A stretch of 58,328 nt of DNA, the filler included, from Rhizaria sp. SCN 62-66 (Eukaryota): the NCBI GenBank assembly GCA_001724265.1. It is 2 parts of 2 records of this genome, joined end to end, with 100 filler letters (N's around TTAATTAATTAA, not from the genome) between each part and the next. Parts side by side here need not be neighbours in the genome. Positions count along the whole stretch, not along the records: positions 29,326 to 58,328 come from MEDY01000384.1; 1 more part is not named here. One strand, 5' to 3'. Every line of letters starts with the position of its first letter. The first letter of the stretch is position 1. A program made the translations under genes and the position numbers. This document shows, piece by piece, positions 46,623 to 56,700 of the stretch. Below the pieces are notes generated by a model. The model did no database searches. It was not told where the DNA came from and saw only the letters and a program-made list of their open reading frames with translations.

Positions 46623-48032
46623 TCAGTAGGAGAGCGCAGGCGCAGCGTCGTCGCGCCAGGCCCAGGACACGGGCCGGCGCCACCCCACGCTGCGCTTCTT
46701 CTTCGCTCCCTCACCACCCGCAGCAGCAGCGGCGGCAGCGGAGGTCTCCAGAGCGTCGGCGGCGCCCGCCTCAAGGGCGGCGGCGTGCGCGACGGCGTCG
46801 GCGACCTCCTGCGGCAGCGCGCGGCCCGCGGCGGCGGCAGCGACGGCAGCGAGCGCGGCGGCAGCGGCGTCGACGAGCGCGGCGTTGTCACCTGGGTGCG
46901 TGTACACCACCACGGCGGCCAGAGGCAGCGCCACCCGCCGGCACGCGCGCGCCAGGGCGGCCGTCGCGCCGCGCCCGGCCACCGCGATCGGGAAGTTAAG
47001 CCGCTCGCCGCCGCACGCGCGCTGGGTGCAACCGCCGTCAGCAGCAGCAGCCGCAGCAGGCTTGTCGTCGCCCTTGTCGTCGGCGCTGTCGTTGACGTCG
47101 TTGTCGTCGTTCGCGTTCTCGCTGGCCGGGCTAGCGCAGATGTCCTCCGGCACAGCGGCCTCCGCGTCCTTGCCGGCGCTCTCAGCAGAGTCAGCTGAGT
47201 CAGCACCCTTCGCAGCCGCAGCCGCAGGGGCCGCAGCCGCAGTGGCGTCGCCCATGGCACCCGGATTGGCGGCGGCCGCGAGGCGGCTAGACTTCCTGCC
47301 GCGCAGCCCCGCGTAGGGGTCCGCGCGCGCCACGGTCGGCGGCAGCCCCGCGGCCGCGCACGCCCGCGCCAGCGGCGCCGCCAGCGCGGCCGCGCTCGCC
47401 TCACCGTCCGCCGGGGGCGCCGCCGCGTCGTCCGTCATCGCGGCGCCGACAGCGCCAGCCCCGCCAGCGCCAGCGCTTGCGTTGAAGCTGGCGTTGTTGA
47501 GCTGAGCAAAGAAAAACGAGTCCTGCTGCTGCGCGGCGGCAGCCGAGGGCAGCGCCGCGGTCTCGGGCTCAACGGTAAAGAACTCGAGGCGGCGGCCCTC
47601 AAGCAGCGCGTGGTCGCCGCGGGCGTGCGCCGCGTCCGCCGTCGCCAGCAGCACGCGCGCGAAGCCGGCCGCCTGAGCCCAACGCACGATGTTGGCCGTC
47701 AGCGCGTGCGCACGACGCGGCAGCGCCGGCGCGCGCTGCAGAAGCACGAACGCGCCCAGCGCGGGCGCGGCGTGCAGCTCCAGCCCCGTGGACAGAGCGC
47801 CGCGCAGGTGCGCGGGGGCGAGCGCGCGCGCGTCGGCGGCGGCGTAGGGCGTGAGATTGAAGGGGTCGTGCAGGCAGCCCACGGGCGCGGCGGGCAGCGG
47901 GGACGCAGACAGAGTCAGCGCGAGCACCTCCAGGGCCATCTGCGGGACGGCGCCGGCAGTCACCGCAGGCAGGATGAGCGTCTGGCCGCGGAACACGGAG
48001 GTGTCGAAGTCCGCTTGGGCAGGAACGAACAT
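46623..48032 (-). CDS. PSMG2: Proteasome assembly chaperone 2 (PAC2)
   Basis: MFVP...GQTLILPAVTAGAVPQMALEVL, LSTGLELH, LLQRAP, VYTHPGDNAALV, C-terminal WRRPVSW. Stop TGA. Confidence 0.85.
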   Translation of the reverse strand: MFVPAQADFDTSVFRGQTLILPAVTAGAVPQMALEVLALTLSASPLPAAPVGCLHDPFNLTPYAAADARALAPAHLRGALSTGLELHAAPALGAFVLLQRAPALPRRAHALTANIVRWAQAAGFARVLLATADAAHARGDHALLEGRRLEFFTVEPETAALPSAAAAQQQDSFFFAQLNNASFNASAGAGGAGAVGAAMTDDAAAPPADGEASAAALAAPLARACAAAGLPPTVARADPYAGLRGRKSSRLAAAANPGAMGDATAAAAPAAAAAKGADSADSAESAGKDAEAAVPEDICASPASENANDDNDVNDSADDKGDDKPAAAAAADGGCTQRACGGERLNFPIAVAGRGATAALARACRRVALPLAAVVVYTHPGDNAALVDAAAAALAAVAAAAAGRALPQEVADAVAHAAALEAGAADALETSAAAAAAAGGEGAKKKRSVGWRRPVSWAWRDDAAPALSY

Positions 48033-48489
48033 TCGTATCGGGGGTCTAGAAGCAACGAAAACATCATGAAGCACAGAGAGGGATGGAGGAAGATTCAGCA
48101 CGTGAAGTAAAGTGGCTGTAACAAAAAGATTATATTAATTCACAACTCATCGCTAGATTCCGGAACTAACGACCATATCACGCAATATAGATACAAACTT
48201 TCAACTCGTCTCGACCAAGTTCAGATTCCAAAAACAAAAAAAATGATTTGTGGTTGGCTGTCATCCGTTGCTCCGCTAAACAAGCGCAACTCGTCTAGTT
48301 CGTACGCTTTTAAATTGTAATTACAGTGCCTAGTCTGATGCGCATAAACTCACTCTGAATTACTTTGTGCATCTCATTTGACGATCATTATAGCGTTTTC
48401 TCGGCAAGTTTCTCGCGACTTCGCCGCACTTCGCCCTCACCTCACCCATACTAATCCGCAGTAGGGCGCCTGCTTGCCCGTCTCTCCCG

Positions 48490-51400
48490 ATGTCAGTGTC
48501 AGCCTCTGATGTGGAGCTCTGGTGCCGCACACTTGAGACGACGACGTCCGACGCCGACCGCGCGCGCGCGGCGGAGCTGATCACCCAGTTCAAGGCCATG
48601 GAGTCGCCCTTTGAGCTCGCGACCGAAGTGCTGCACCGCGGCGCCTCTCCCTCCGCACAGTACCACGCGCTGTCGGCCATCCGCGACGCCTCAGTGCGCG
48701 CGCGCGGCTTGCCTGCGTTCCAGCCGGACCTGATTGCGCGCCTTTCCGAGTTCGGCTGCGCGCACGTCACGACGATGCCGGTGTACCTCAGCACGCACGT
48801 CGCGCACGTCGTCGCCGTGCTCGCGAAGTGCGTCTGGGCCACCGAGCTCGAGACGGGCGCTGCCGCGGGCTCCGCCGCCGCCGCGCTGCAGGGTCTGGTC
48901 GAGTCCGTCGCCGCGCCCAGCGCCGGCCCCGCGCAGCGCGCCTTCGCCTCACATCTGCTGCTGGCGCTGCTGTCCGACTTCAACGTCACATCGAGCGCGT
49001 CGCTGTCTCTGCCCTGGCACGTGCACGTGTCGCTGCACCGCGCCTTCGAGCGTGCGCTGCTGCTGCCAGTTACCGTGGCCGCCGTGCAGCTCGCGCTGGC
49101 CGCTGTGCCGGCCGAGGGCGGGCCCGCCGCGGCCGCCGCTGCGCTGGCCGCCGCGGGCGCCGAGGCCGCGGGCGCGCTCAACCGTCTGCTCACGGTCATC
49201 GAGCGCGCTCTTGAGTGGGAGTTCGAGGAGGCCGTGTCCACTGAGGCGCTGCTGCGTCGCGACGCGCTGCAGACCGTCTCCGTCGCCGGCGCCGACGGCT
49301 CCGATTCCGCCGGCGGCAGCGGCGGCGACGGCGGGTCCGGCCGCGAGGCCGCCGCTGCGGTATGCCCCGGCGCGGCGTGGGCGCCCGTGCTCTTCGGCTC
49401 CGGACTGGTCCCCTCGCTGCTGCGGCTGCACGCGGCGCTGCTGCTGCTGGCGGCGCCCGCGCTGGGGCACGTGCTGGACCCCTCGGCCGCGCCGCCGCAG
49501 TGCGAGCGCAGGCTCGAGCTCGCCGCCACGCGCGCCGCCGCCGAGCTGCGCCGCGTCTTCACGCAGTTCACCTGTCTCCGCGGCTCCGTGCTCACCGGTG
49601 ACGCGCCCGGCGCCAGCGGCAGCGGTGGCGGCGCGGCGGGCGGACACTCGCCGGCCACGCTGACCATGTACGCGGCGTGCGGCATGGACCCCCCCGCGCT
49701 GCAGCTGCACTCCAGCTCCAGCTCCAGCTCTGGGTCCGGGGGTCTACTGTCCCCGACCGCGCTGCTGCGGTCCGCGCAGGCGCCGGCGTTCCTAGCTGAG
49801 GTCTGCGTGGTTATCTCCACGCTCGTCGCGGTCACGTGCGCCGCCATCGCGCCGCTCGCCGACGCGCAGAGCGAGTCCGCCGCGGCAGCCGCCGCCGCCG
49901 CGCTGCCCGAGACGGTGCCGTCGCTGGTGACCGACACGGTGGAGCTGCTGCGCGCCGCGACGGCCGCGCTGCCGCTCAAGGTGTTGGCCGCGGCCGCGCC
50001 GGGCGGCGGCGCGGGCGTCGTCGACGCGCTGCTCGCGCTGACGCGGCTGCTGCTGGCGGCGCCTGTCGCGGAGCGCTTTGGCGCTGACGCGGGCGACCCC
50101 TGGGCTGCCGAGGGCTGGGACGGTGTGCTTGATGCATGGGTCTCGCTCGTGACGCAGACGACGCACAGCACGGCGCACAGCGGCGCTGGCGCTGGCGGCG
50201 TGCACGCGGCGCCCGAGTCGGCCGCGCTGGCCGCGCTGCAGGAGGCCGTCGCGGCGGGCGCGCAGGCCGTGCTGGCGCAGCGCGTCGAGGCGCGGCTCGC
50301 GCTGGCGGCCGCCGAGGCCGTGCGCCAGGAGGGCGAGACCGAGGACCAGTTCGCGCAGTCTTCGGGGCACCACCACGCCTCGCTGGCCGCGCTGGCGCAG
50401 CTCGCGCGCGCGTGCCCCGACCGCGCGCTGCCCTCGCTCACCGCGGCCGTGGCGGAGCGCGTCGCCGCGCTGGAGCGGCTCGCGGCGGCTGAGGCCGCTG
50501 GCGCCGTCGTCCAGGACACGGCCGCGCACGCCGAGGCGCTGGTGGCCCAGGAACAGCTGTGGTGGCTGCTCGAGTTCCTCTCACGCGTGTTGTGCGACAT
50601 GGCCGACGGCGAGACGCCGCTGATCCCCGCGCAGCTCATCGCCTACTCGAGCCACTTCCACGGCCAGGGCCTCGCGCAGCACGGCGCCAAGGACCCGCTG
50701 CTGGAGGCCGTGGAGCCCGTGCTGCGGCTGGTGGCGCTCGAGAACGCGCTGCTCACGCGCGCCTTTGGGCTCGCGCGCGGCGGCGACTCCCTCACCAGCA
50801 CCAAGTCCGTCCTGCTGTCGCCGTACCTTGGCGCGACCGTGGTGCGCTTCCTGGCGCGCTGGGCGCCGGCGTACCTGTTCCCGTCTGAAGCGCTGCACTC
50901 GGCGCACAGCCCCGCGCTGTGGGCCGCGCTCGGCGAGGGCGGCTCCGCGGCGGGGCCCGTGCTCGAGCTGCTGGCCGACAAGGCGCAGACGAACCTGCTG
51001 CTGTGGGGCGAGGCGCGCGGCGTGACGGCCGCGACGTGCCGCCTTGTGTCGGTGCTCACGCGCTCGCACGCGCTGCGCACGGCGCTCGTGCGCTGCCCGT
51101 CCTTCGGCCCGCTCACCGTCGCTTACAAGGTCGCGTGCCTCAGTGCGCCGCGCGTGTGGGCGCTCATCCCGCAGGTGCTGCAGCAGGGCACGGCCGCGCA
51201 CGGCTCGCCCGTGCTGCTCGCGCTCGTGCAGCAGGCGCAGGCCGCCACGGGCGGCGCCGTGCCAATCGAGCAGCTGCTGGGCAGCCTCGTGTCGCTCGAC
51301 GCGCGCCACCTCTCCGCGCTCGCGCACGCGCTTTGCCACACCGCCGACGCCGCTGACAACGCGTCCGCGGCCTCCGGCGCGACGGCGGGAAGCGGCGCCG

Positions 51401-53202
51401 GCGGCGTTGTGGTGGATGTGCTGGCGCCGCTCACCGCGCTCTTCGACAGCTACCTGACTGACCCCGTGCTTGGCGGCGCCGAACAGCGCGGCAGCGCCGC
51501 GGTCACCGCACTGGCCGCCGCGCGCGCGGCTGGCACTGCTGCAGGTCTTGTCGCACTGGAGCGCGCTGCGGCTGAGGAACGCGCGCTTGTCCGAGGCCTC
51601 ACCGCCGCTCTCACAGTCGCTCGCGGTGCCGCGCGCGCCTGGGGCCCGCGCACAGTGCACTTCGTCTTCGCCTTCACCGCGCGCATCCTTGCGCCCCTCG
51701 CTGCCGCCGTGCGCCTGCTTGGCGCTGCACACGGCGCCCTGCCCATTGCTGTTTTGCGCCTCGTGCTGGACACCGCGCAGGCGACGTTGCCGTACCTTGC
51801 TGCCGCGGAGTCCGCCGTGTTTGCCGCGGCCGCTGCCGCTGTGGTTGACGCGGTGGTCGCCGTCACGTCCCCACGCGTCGCGCACTGGGCCGCGACCCTG
51901 GCGGCGCAGACTGCTGCGGCCGCTGATGCCAGCACCGTGGCGCTGCCCGCGGATGCCGACAGCGACGACTACGGCTACGCTGCCGCGGCGGCCGCCGACC
52001 ACGCCGCCGACGCTGACCTTGAGGCGGGCGACCTGGACGACGACGCTGACGGCATCGACGCGGGCGCTGGCGACGGCGACGACTGCGACGGCGAGGCTGA
52101 CGGCACCGCGGCTAATGGGTATGCGGATGAGGAAGCAGTTGCATCTGCGCTTGCTGCGCTCGCGCAGACATGCGCGCAGCTGTGTGCGCCTCTGCGTCTT
52201 GACCTCGGCGCCGAGGATGCCAGCCGTTTGCGCTGCGCTTTGCGTGCGCACGCCGCCCTGGGCAGCACCTTGCTGGCCGATTCGCAGGCGGCGCGCGCGC
52301 GGCAGGCGGCGGCAACTGGTGCCACGAGCTCCGCTGACGACGCTGTCGCTGCGCTCGCTGCCGCGCGCACAACGCTCGCGCGCGCCGCACGTGCTGGTCT
52401 CATGCTGCTTGCTCCTCTGCTCACGCCTGCGCTGCCCACGGCCCCGCGTCTGGCGACGCGCACGCTCGCGCTTGCGCGTGCCGCCGCGGCCGCCGACCCC
52501 GCGGGTTGCTTGGCCGAGCTTGACTGCGAGACGGTGAGGGCGGTGGTGACCGCGCACCAGTGGGCCGCGCCGAGCGGCAGCATTGCCGCTGCATCTGCGG
52601 CCGTTGGCGCGGCCGAGGCGCTGCTGCGCCATCACCTGCAACAGGTCGCGGCGCTGCTAGCGATGGCGGGCGGCGTCAAGCCGAAGGGCGACGTCGCGAG
52701 CGCCGTGGCCGCGACGGTCGCGGACTACTGTGCACAGGCTGGCGCAGGCGCTGCGGAGTCTCCTGCCGCGTGGCTGCAGGCACTGCCGCTGCACGCGCAC
52801 GCATGCAGCATGCTTGCAGGTCTTCTGCACGTCGCGCTATTTGCGCGCGGGGTGCCGCGTGCGGCTGAGGGGGCGTTGGCTGACGCACTGTATGTGGCTA
52901 TTGCCGCTGTCTCGGCTGAAAATGCGCTGGCCGCCGGTGCCCGCGGCACCGACGCTACGCCTCAGCTGCAAGGCCTGATCGAGGCCGCCAGCGAAGCGGC
53001 CGGTGTTTGGGCACGTGCGTTGCCTGGTGGTGCGGCGCCCGCGGGCGCGATGGAGGCAGTCCAGGCCGCACTACAGGCGTTGGTGACTGACGGCGGTGTT
53101 GACTTCAGGGCTCAGGCCCCACTGCGCCAGAACCAGCTCGCCATGCGTCGCGCGCTCCGCGTTCTCGTCACCCGTGTCAAGGCTGTGAGCCAGACTAAGT
53201 AA
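48490..53202 (+). CDS. XPO4: Exportin-4-like (importin-beta family) nuclear transport receptor, 1570 aa, intronless
   Basis: N-terminal AAELITQFKAMESPFELATEVL...QYHALSAIRD, SLSLPWHVHVSLHRAFE, EQLWWLLEFLSRVLCDMADGETPLIPAQLIAYS, LLSPYLG...FLARWAPAYLF. Stop TAA. Confidence 0.85.
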   Translation: MSVSASDVELWCRTLETTTSDADRARAAELITQFKAMESPFELATEVLHRGASPSAQYHALSAIRDASVRARGLPAFQPDLIARLSEFGCAHVTTMPVYLSTHVAHVVAVLAKCVWATELETGAAAGSAAAALQGLVESVAAPSAGPAQRAFASHLLLALLSDFNVTSSASLSLPWHVHVSLHRAFERALLLPVTVAAVQLALAAVPAEGGPAAAAAALAAAGAEAAGALNRLLTVIERALEWEFEEAVSTEALLRRDALQTVSVAGADGSDSAGGSGGDGGSGREAAAAVCPGAAWAPVLFGSGLVPSLLRLHAALLLLAAPALGHVLDPSAAPPQCERRLELAATRAAAELRRVFTQFTCLRGSVLTGDAPGASGSGGGAAGGHSPATLTMYAACGMDPPALQLHSSSSSSSGSGGLLSPTALLRSAQAPAFLAEVCVVISTLVAVTCAAIAPLADAQSESAAAAAAAALPETVPSLVTDTVELLRAATAALPLKVLAAAAPGGGAGVVDALLALTRLLLAAPVAERFGADAGDPWAAEGWDGVLDAWVSLVTQTTHSTAHSGAGAGGVHAAPESAALAALQEAVAAGAQAVLAQRVEARLALAAAEAVRQEGETEDQFAQSSGHHHASLAALAQLARACPDRALPSLTAAVAERVAALERLAAAEAAGAVVQDTAAHAEALVAQEQLWWLLEFLSRVLCDMADGETPLIPAQLIAYSSHFHGQGLAQHGAKDPLLEAVEPVLRLVALENALLTRAFGLARGGDSLTSTKSVLLSPYLGATVVRFLARWAPAYLFPSEALHSAHSPALWAALGEGGSAAGPVLELLADKAQTNLLLWGEARGVTAATCRLVSVLTRSHALRTALVRCPSFGPLTVAYKVACLSAPRVWALIPQVLQQGTAAHGSPVLLALVQQAQAATGGAVPIEQLLGSLVSLDARHLSALAHALCHTADAADNASAASGATAGSGAGGVVVDVLAPLTALFDSYLTDPVLGGAEQRGSAAVTALAAARAAGTAAGLVALERAAAEERALVRGLTAALTVARGAARAWGPRTVHFVFAFTARILAPLAAAVRLLGAAHGALPIAVLRLVLDTAQATLPYLAAAESAVFAAAAAAVVDAVVAVTSPRVAHWAATLAAQTAAAADASTVALPADADSDDYGYAAAAAADHAADADLEAGDLDDDADGIDAGAGDGDDCDGEADGTAANGYADEEAVASALAALAQTCAQLCAPLRLDLGAEDASRLRCALRAHAALGSTLLADSQAARARQAAATGATSSADDAVAALAAARTTLARAARAGLMLLAPLLTPALPTAPRLATRTLALARAAAAADPAGCLAELDCETVRAVVTAHQWAAPSGSIAAASAAVGAAEALLRHHLQQVAALLAMAGGVKPKGDVASAVAATVADYCAQAGAGAAESPAAWLQALPLHAHACSMLAGLLHVALFARGVPRAAEGALADALYVAIAAVSAENALAAGARGTDATPQLQGLIEAASEAAGVWARALPGGAAPAGAMEAVQAALQALVTDGGVDFRAQAPLRQNQLAMRRALRVLVTRVKAVSQTK

Positions 53203-53715
53203 ACGCATCATTAGTGAGATACGCATAAAATGTGATTGTTAATGTCACAATAATCACCTTGTGCTTTTTTTTTGCAGGCGCATCACCTCCAGTTTAAGCG
53301 TGGCATCGAGCAGCTCAGTGTACATTTTAATGGTCATTGTGCTGCTAAAATCAACGTAAGTACGTTCTGTATCCTTCTACTCTTTTAAACAATCTCTTCG
53401 TCCTGCGTTGGCTTTTCCGTTATATTATTTAGTCTCTCAAAACCACCCTCCTTCCGTCAAACAACGCAATCATTAATTGAGGAAACAATCAGTAAGCAAA
53501 TTAATAAATCGGTCTCCTTTTGTCATGTGTGACAATTTGCGTGTCAACAAAATTGAGTGTGTAACTCCGTGTATACGATCTCGGTGCCGTTGACACTGTC
53601 TACACAGCGTGTGTGATTAAGTGTGCATAATGTATTCGAATAATGTTGTTCACCAGTCAGATTATATAACGATTTGGTAGTCCTCTCCTTGTCATACATC
53701 ACATCGATATTCTCA

Positions 53716-56700
53716 TTAGAACGCTGCAGCAGACACCCCCCAATCCTGGAAGCCATCAACATTATCAGTGTCAAACTGCTGCCAGTGATCCGCAGCAGCC
53801 GCAAATGCGCCCTCTGCAACAGCCTGTGTGCAAACAATGCACACGCCCATCGGCGCGCAGCGGGCGTGAGTGACGTGGCCGCAAGCAAGCACGACGCCAG
53901 CGTTCACGGCAGCCGCGGCCTCAGTCTCAGCCAGTGCGTCCGCGCGCGCCGCAGACAGCGCGTCATCGCCCGCGCCCGCTTCGCCCGCCATGCCACCGGT
54001 GCCGAGCAGCTCAGCAAATGAGTCATCCAACGCAGCAGCGTCAACACCTCCAGCAGCAGCAGCCGCGGCAGCAGCGGCGGCGCGCGATACAGGCTTTCGC
54101 GTGCCGAGGTAGCCCAGCGTGCCAGGCCGCTTCAGCGCGGGCGCGCCCAGCCGCGAGGCGCCAAACCCGGCCACAGGCGAACCCACAGCCGAGCCCGACG
54201 ACACGAGGCCTGAGCTTGCAGTCGACAGATGGGGTAACAGCAGGGAGACACCGCCGAGCGCGCCGGGTGCAGAAGTGCCGCTCGCAGCGCCTTCCGCAGC
54301 AGCGCTATCACCCGCCAAAAGTGCATCGAGCGCTCCGCTCGCGACAACCGCAGCTGCAGCCATGACAGAGCCTGTTTGCGCGGCGCTTACTGCCGCGTCA
54401 GCGCGCGTGTGGGGCGCGGCGCCCGTGGTTGTGATGACGACGGTGGCGTGCGCCTCTCTAGCGGAGTCGTCGCCGCCCCACTCCGCGCCCAGCCCAGCGG
54501 CCACGGCAAAGTCCTCGGGCACTGGGCGCAACACCAGCGCCAAAGCGCCGCCGCAGCACGCACACGCGCGCGCCGCCGCACTCACGTCCACGACGGTGCC
54601 CCAGTGCGCGGCGGACAGCGACAGGCCCTCGCCCGACCACACAGGCGCAGCCGCCGCACGCACACCGCCGGAAGTCGCAGCGGTGGCGTCTTCGAGCGCA
54701 GTGCCCGCGGGCAACGCGAAGTAGCGCGAGAAGACGGCGCCAGTGGTGCGCGCGGACGGCGCTTGCAACACAGCGTGCGCGCGAGCACCGCGGCGTCCGC
54801 CGGTTGTGGCAGCGGGGGCCATGGCGCCCGCAGCAGCGGCGGCCTGGCGCAGCGTAAACTCCTTGTAGAGAGCTGCAGCGACAGGCGCAGTGACGGCGGT
54901 GGCGGGTGCGCCCGGCGCTGTCTGCTGCGCTAGCGCCTCGACGGCGATCGGCGCAAGCGCGGCCAAACGCGACGCTGCGCGTGCGGAGGCAGTAACCGTA
55001 AGCAGCAGCAGCACCAGCGCTGAAGGCGCTCCGATGGCGGCTCCCATCTCAACAGGCGCAGTAAGCGCGGCCAACGACGCGAAGCCCGGTGCAGGGGTAG
55101 CAGGCGATGCGGCGGCCAGCGCGGCCTGTGCGGCAGCGGCTGTGTCGTTGGGCAACTCTGCGAGTGCTGCGACAACGGGGCCGTCAGTGAGCAGAAGCGC
55201 AGTGGCCAGCGCGGGCGACAGCGCCGTCGCCGCCGCTAGCAACACTTGCAGCGGCGAGAGTGGCGCGCTCGCGCATCCACTGCGACACTTCGGCGCGGCA
55301 AACGCTGCGGACGACGCATGCTGCAGCGAAGCGCGCAGCAATGCAGGGCCAAGCGCGGCCGCAGCCTCAGTGCAACCAGCACAGCCAGAAGCGTCGGCGG
55401 CAGCGTCAGCGGTCGCGGCCGAAGAAGCGACGACTAGTCGGCTCCAGAGCGCAAGGCGCTGCGCCGCGCTGAGCCCGCCCGCAAAGGTCACCAACGCAGC
55501 AGCGGCGGCGCAGGGTGTCGACGCGGGCTCAGCGGCCACACTGGTCAGCGCACGACTTGCCGGGACAAGAAGCGAAACCGAGGGCAGCGCCGCGGGGGTC
55601 AGAACCTGCGTCAGCGTGAGAGCGGCCAACGGGTGATCGCGCTTGCTGTTGGGATCCGCCGCGGCGGGCTCAGGGTGAGACGGAGCTGCGGGAGTACGCA
55701 GCGAGCGCGGTAGAGCGCGGGCGGGCGCAGGAGTGGACGACGAACCGGTGGTGGAGGGCTCGTCACGCGCGCAAGAAAGCGCGTTCGCAAGCGCGCCCAG
55801 CAGCGATGGGCAGGCAACACGCACAACGAGGTCCGAGTATGCGTCCACGAGCTCGCTAGCGGCCTCTCCGTCCGCGCCGGGCTGAGCAAGAGCGCGCGCC
55901 CAGTGCGGAAGGCCCGCGGCCGCAGTGGCGAGCGCGGAGGCCCAGTCGCCCGCAGCGAGCGAGAGCGCGAACACGGGCCCCGAGGCCGACGCGGGCAGCT
56001 GCGATGCGGCCCACAGAGACAGCAGCGAGAGCGCTGCGGAGGCCGCGTCGTGACCCTTGTCAGCAGCGCCAACGGGCGCGAAGCGCGGCAGCGCGGCGAG
56101 ATAGCACCCAGCGTAAGGTTCGGCGCTCTCGGTGTTAGGGCTGTTGGAAGCGCCAGAGCGCGCGAGGTGCGCTGCAAGCGCCCACAGCAGTGAGCGCGCG
56201 GTGATTGTAAGCAGCGGCATGGATGTAGACTCTTGTGCAGGCAGCGGGCGCGCGAACAGCGTAAGCAGACAACGCAGCAGCGCTCCCGCAGCCGCAGGGT
56301 TGGCGCGCGCCGCAGGGCTTGCGGAAATCGCGCTCGCAGTAGCGTTCACGGCAGTGACAACGTCATCGGCCGCAGACGCTGTGCCCACGATCGCGCCCGC
56401 AACCGCAGAGCCGATGCCGGCAGCGGAGTTGAGCGCAAGCCCCTCGCAAAGCAGAGCAGCATCGCCAGTCTCTGTAGGAGCCGCTGAGGCGGCAGTGGGA
56501 CATGCGGGAGCATCGAGCCAGTCACCGGCAGCGGCGGCAACGACGGACACGACCCAGTCGGCGCCGGCCTCCGAGTCCGTAACGAGTCCCGCACAGCCGC
56601 TGGGCCACGGCGCGGCCGCAGCGCGCGCGCGCAGCGCAGCAGCGAGCGCGGACGGCAGCTGTAGCGCACACGCGGCGGCGTCAGCCCAGTCGGCGGGCGT

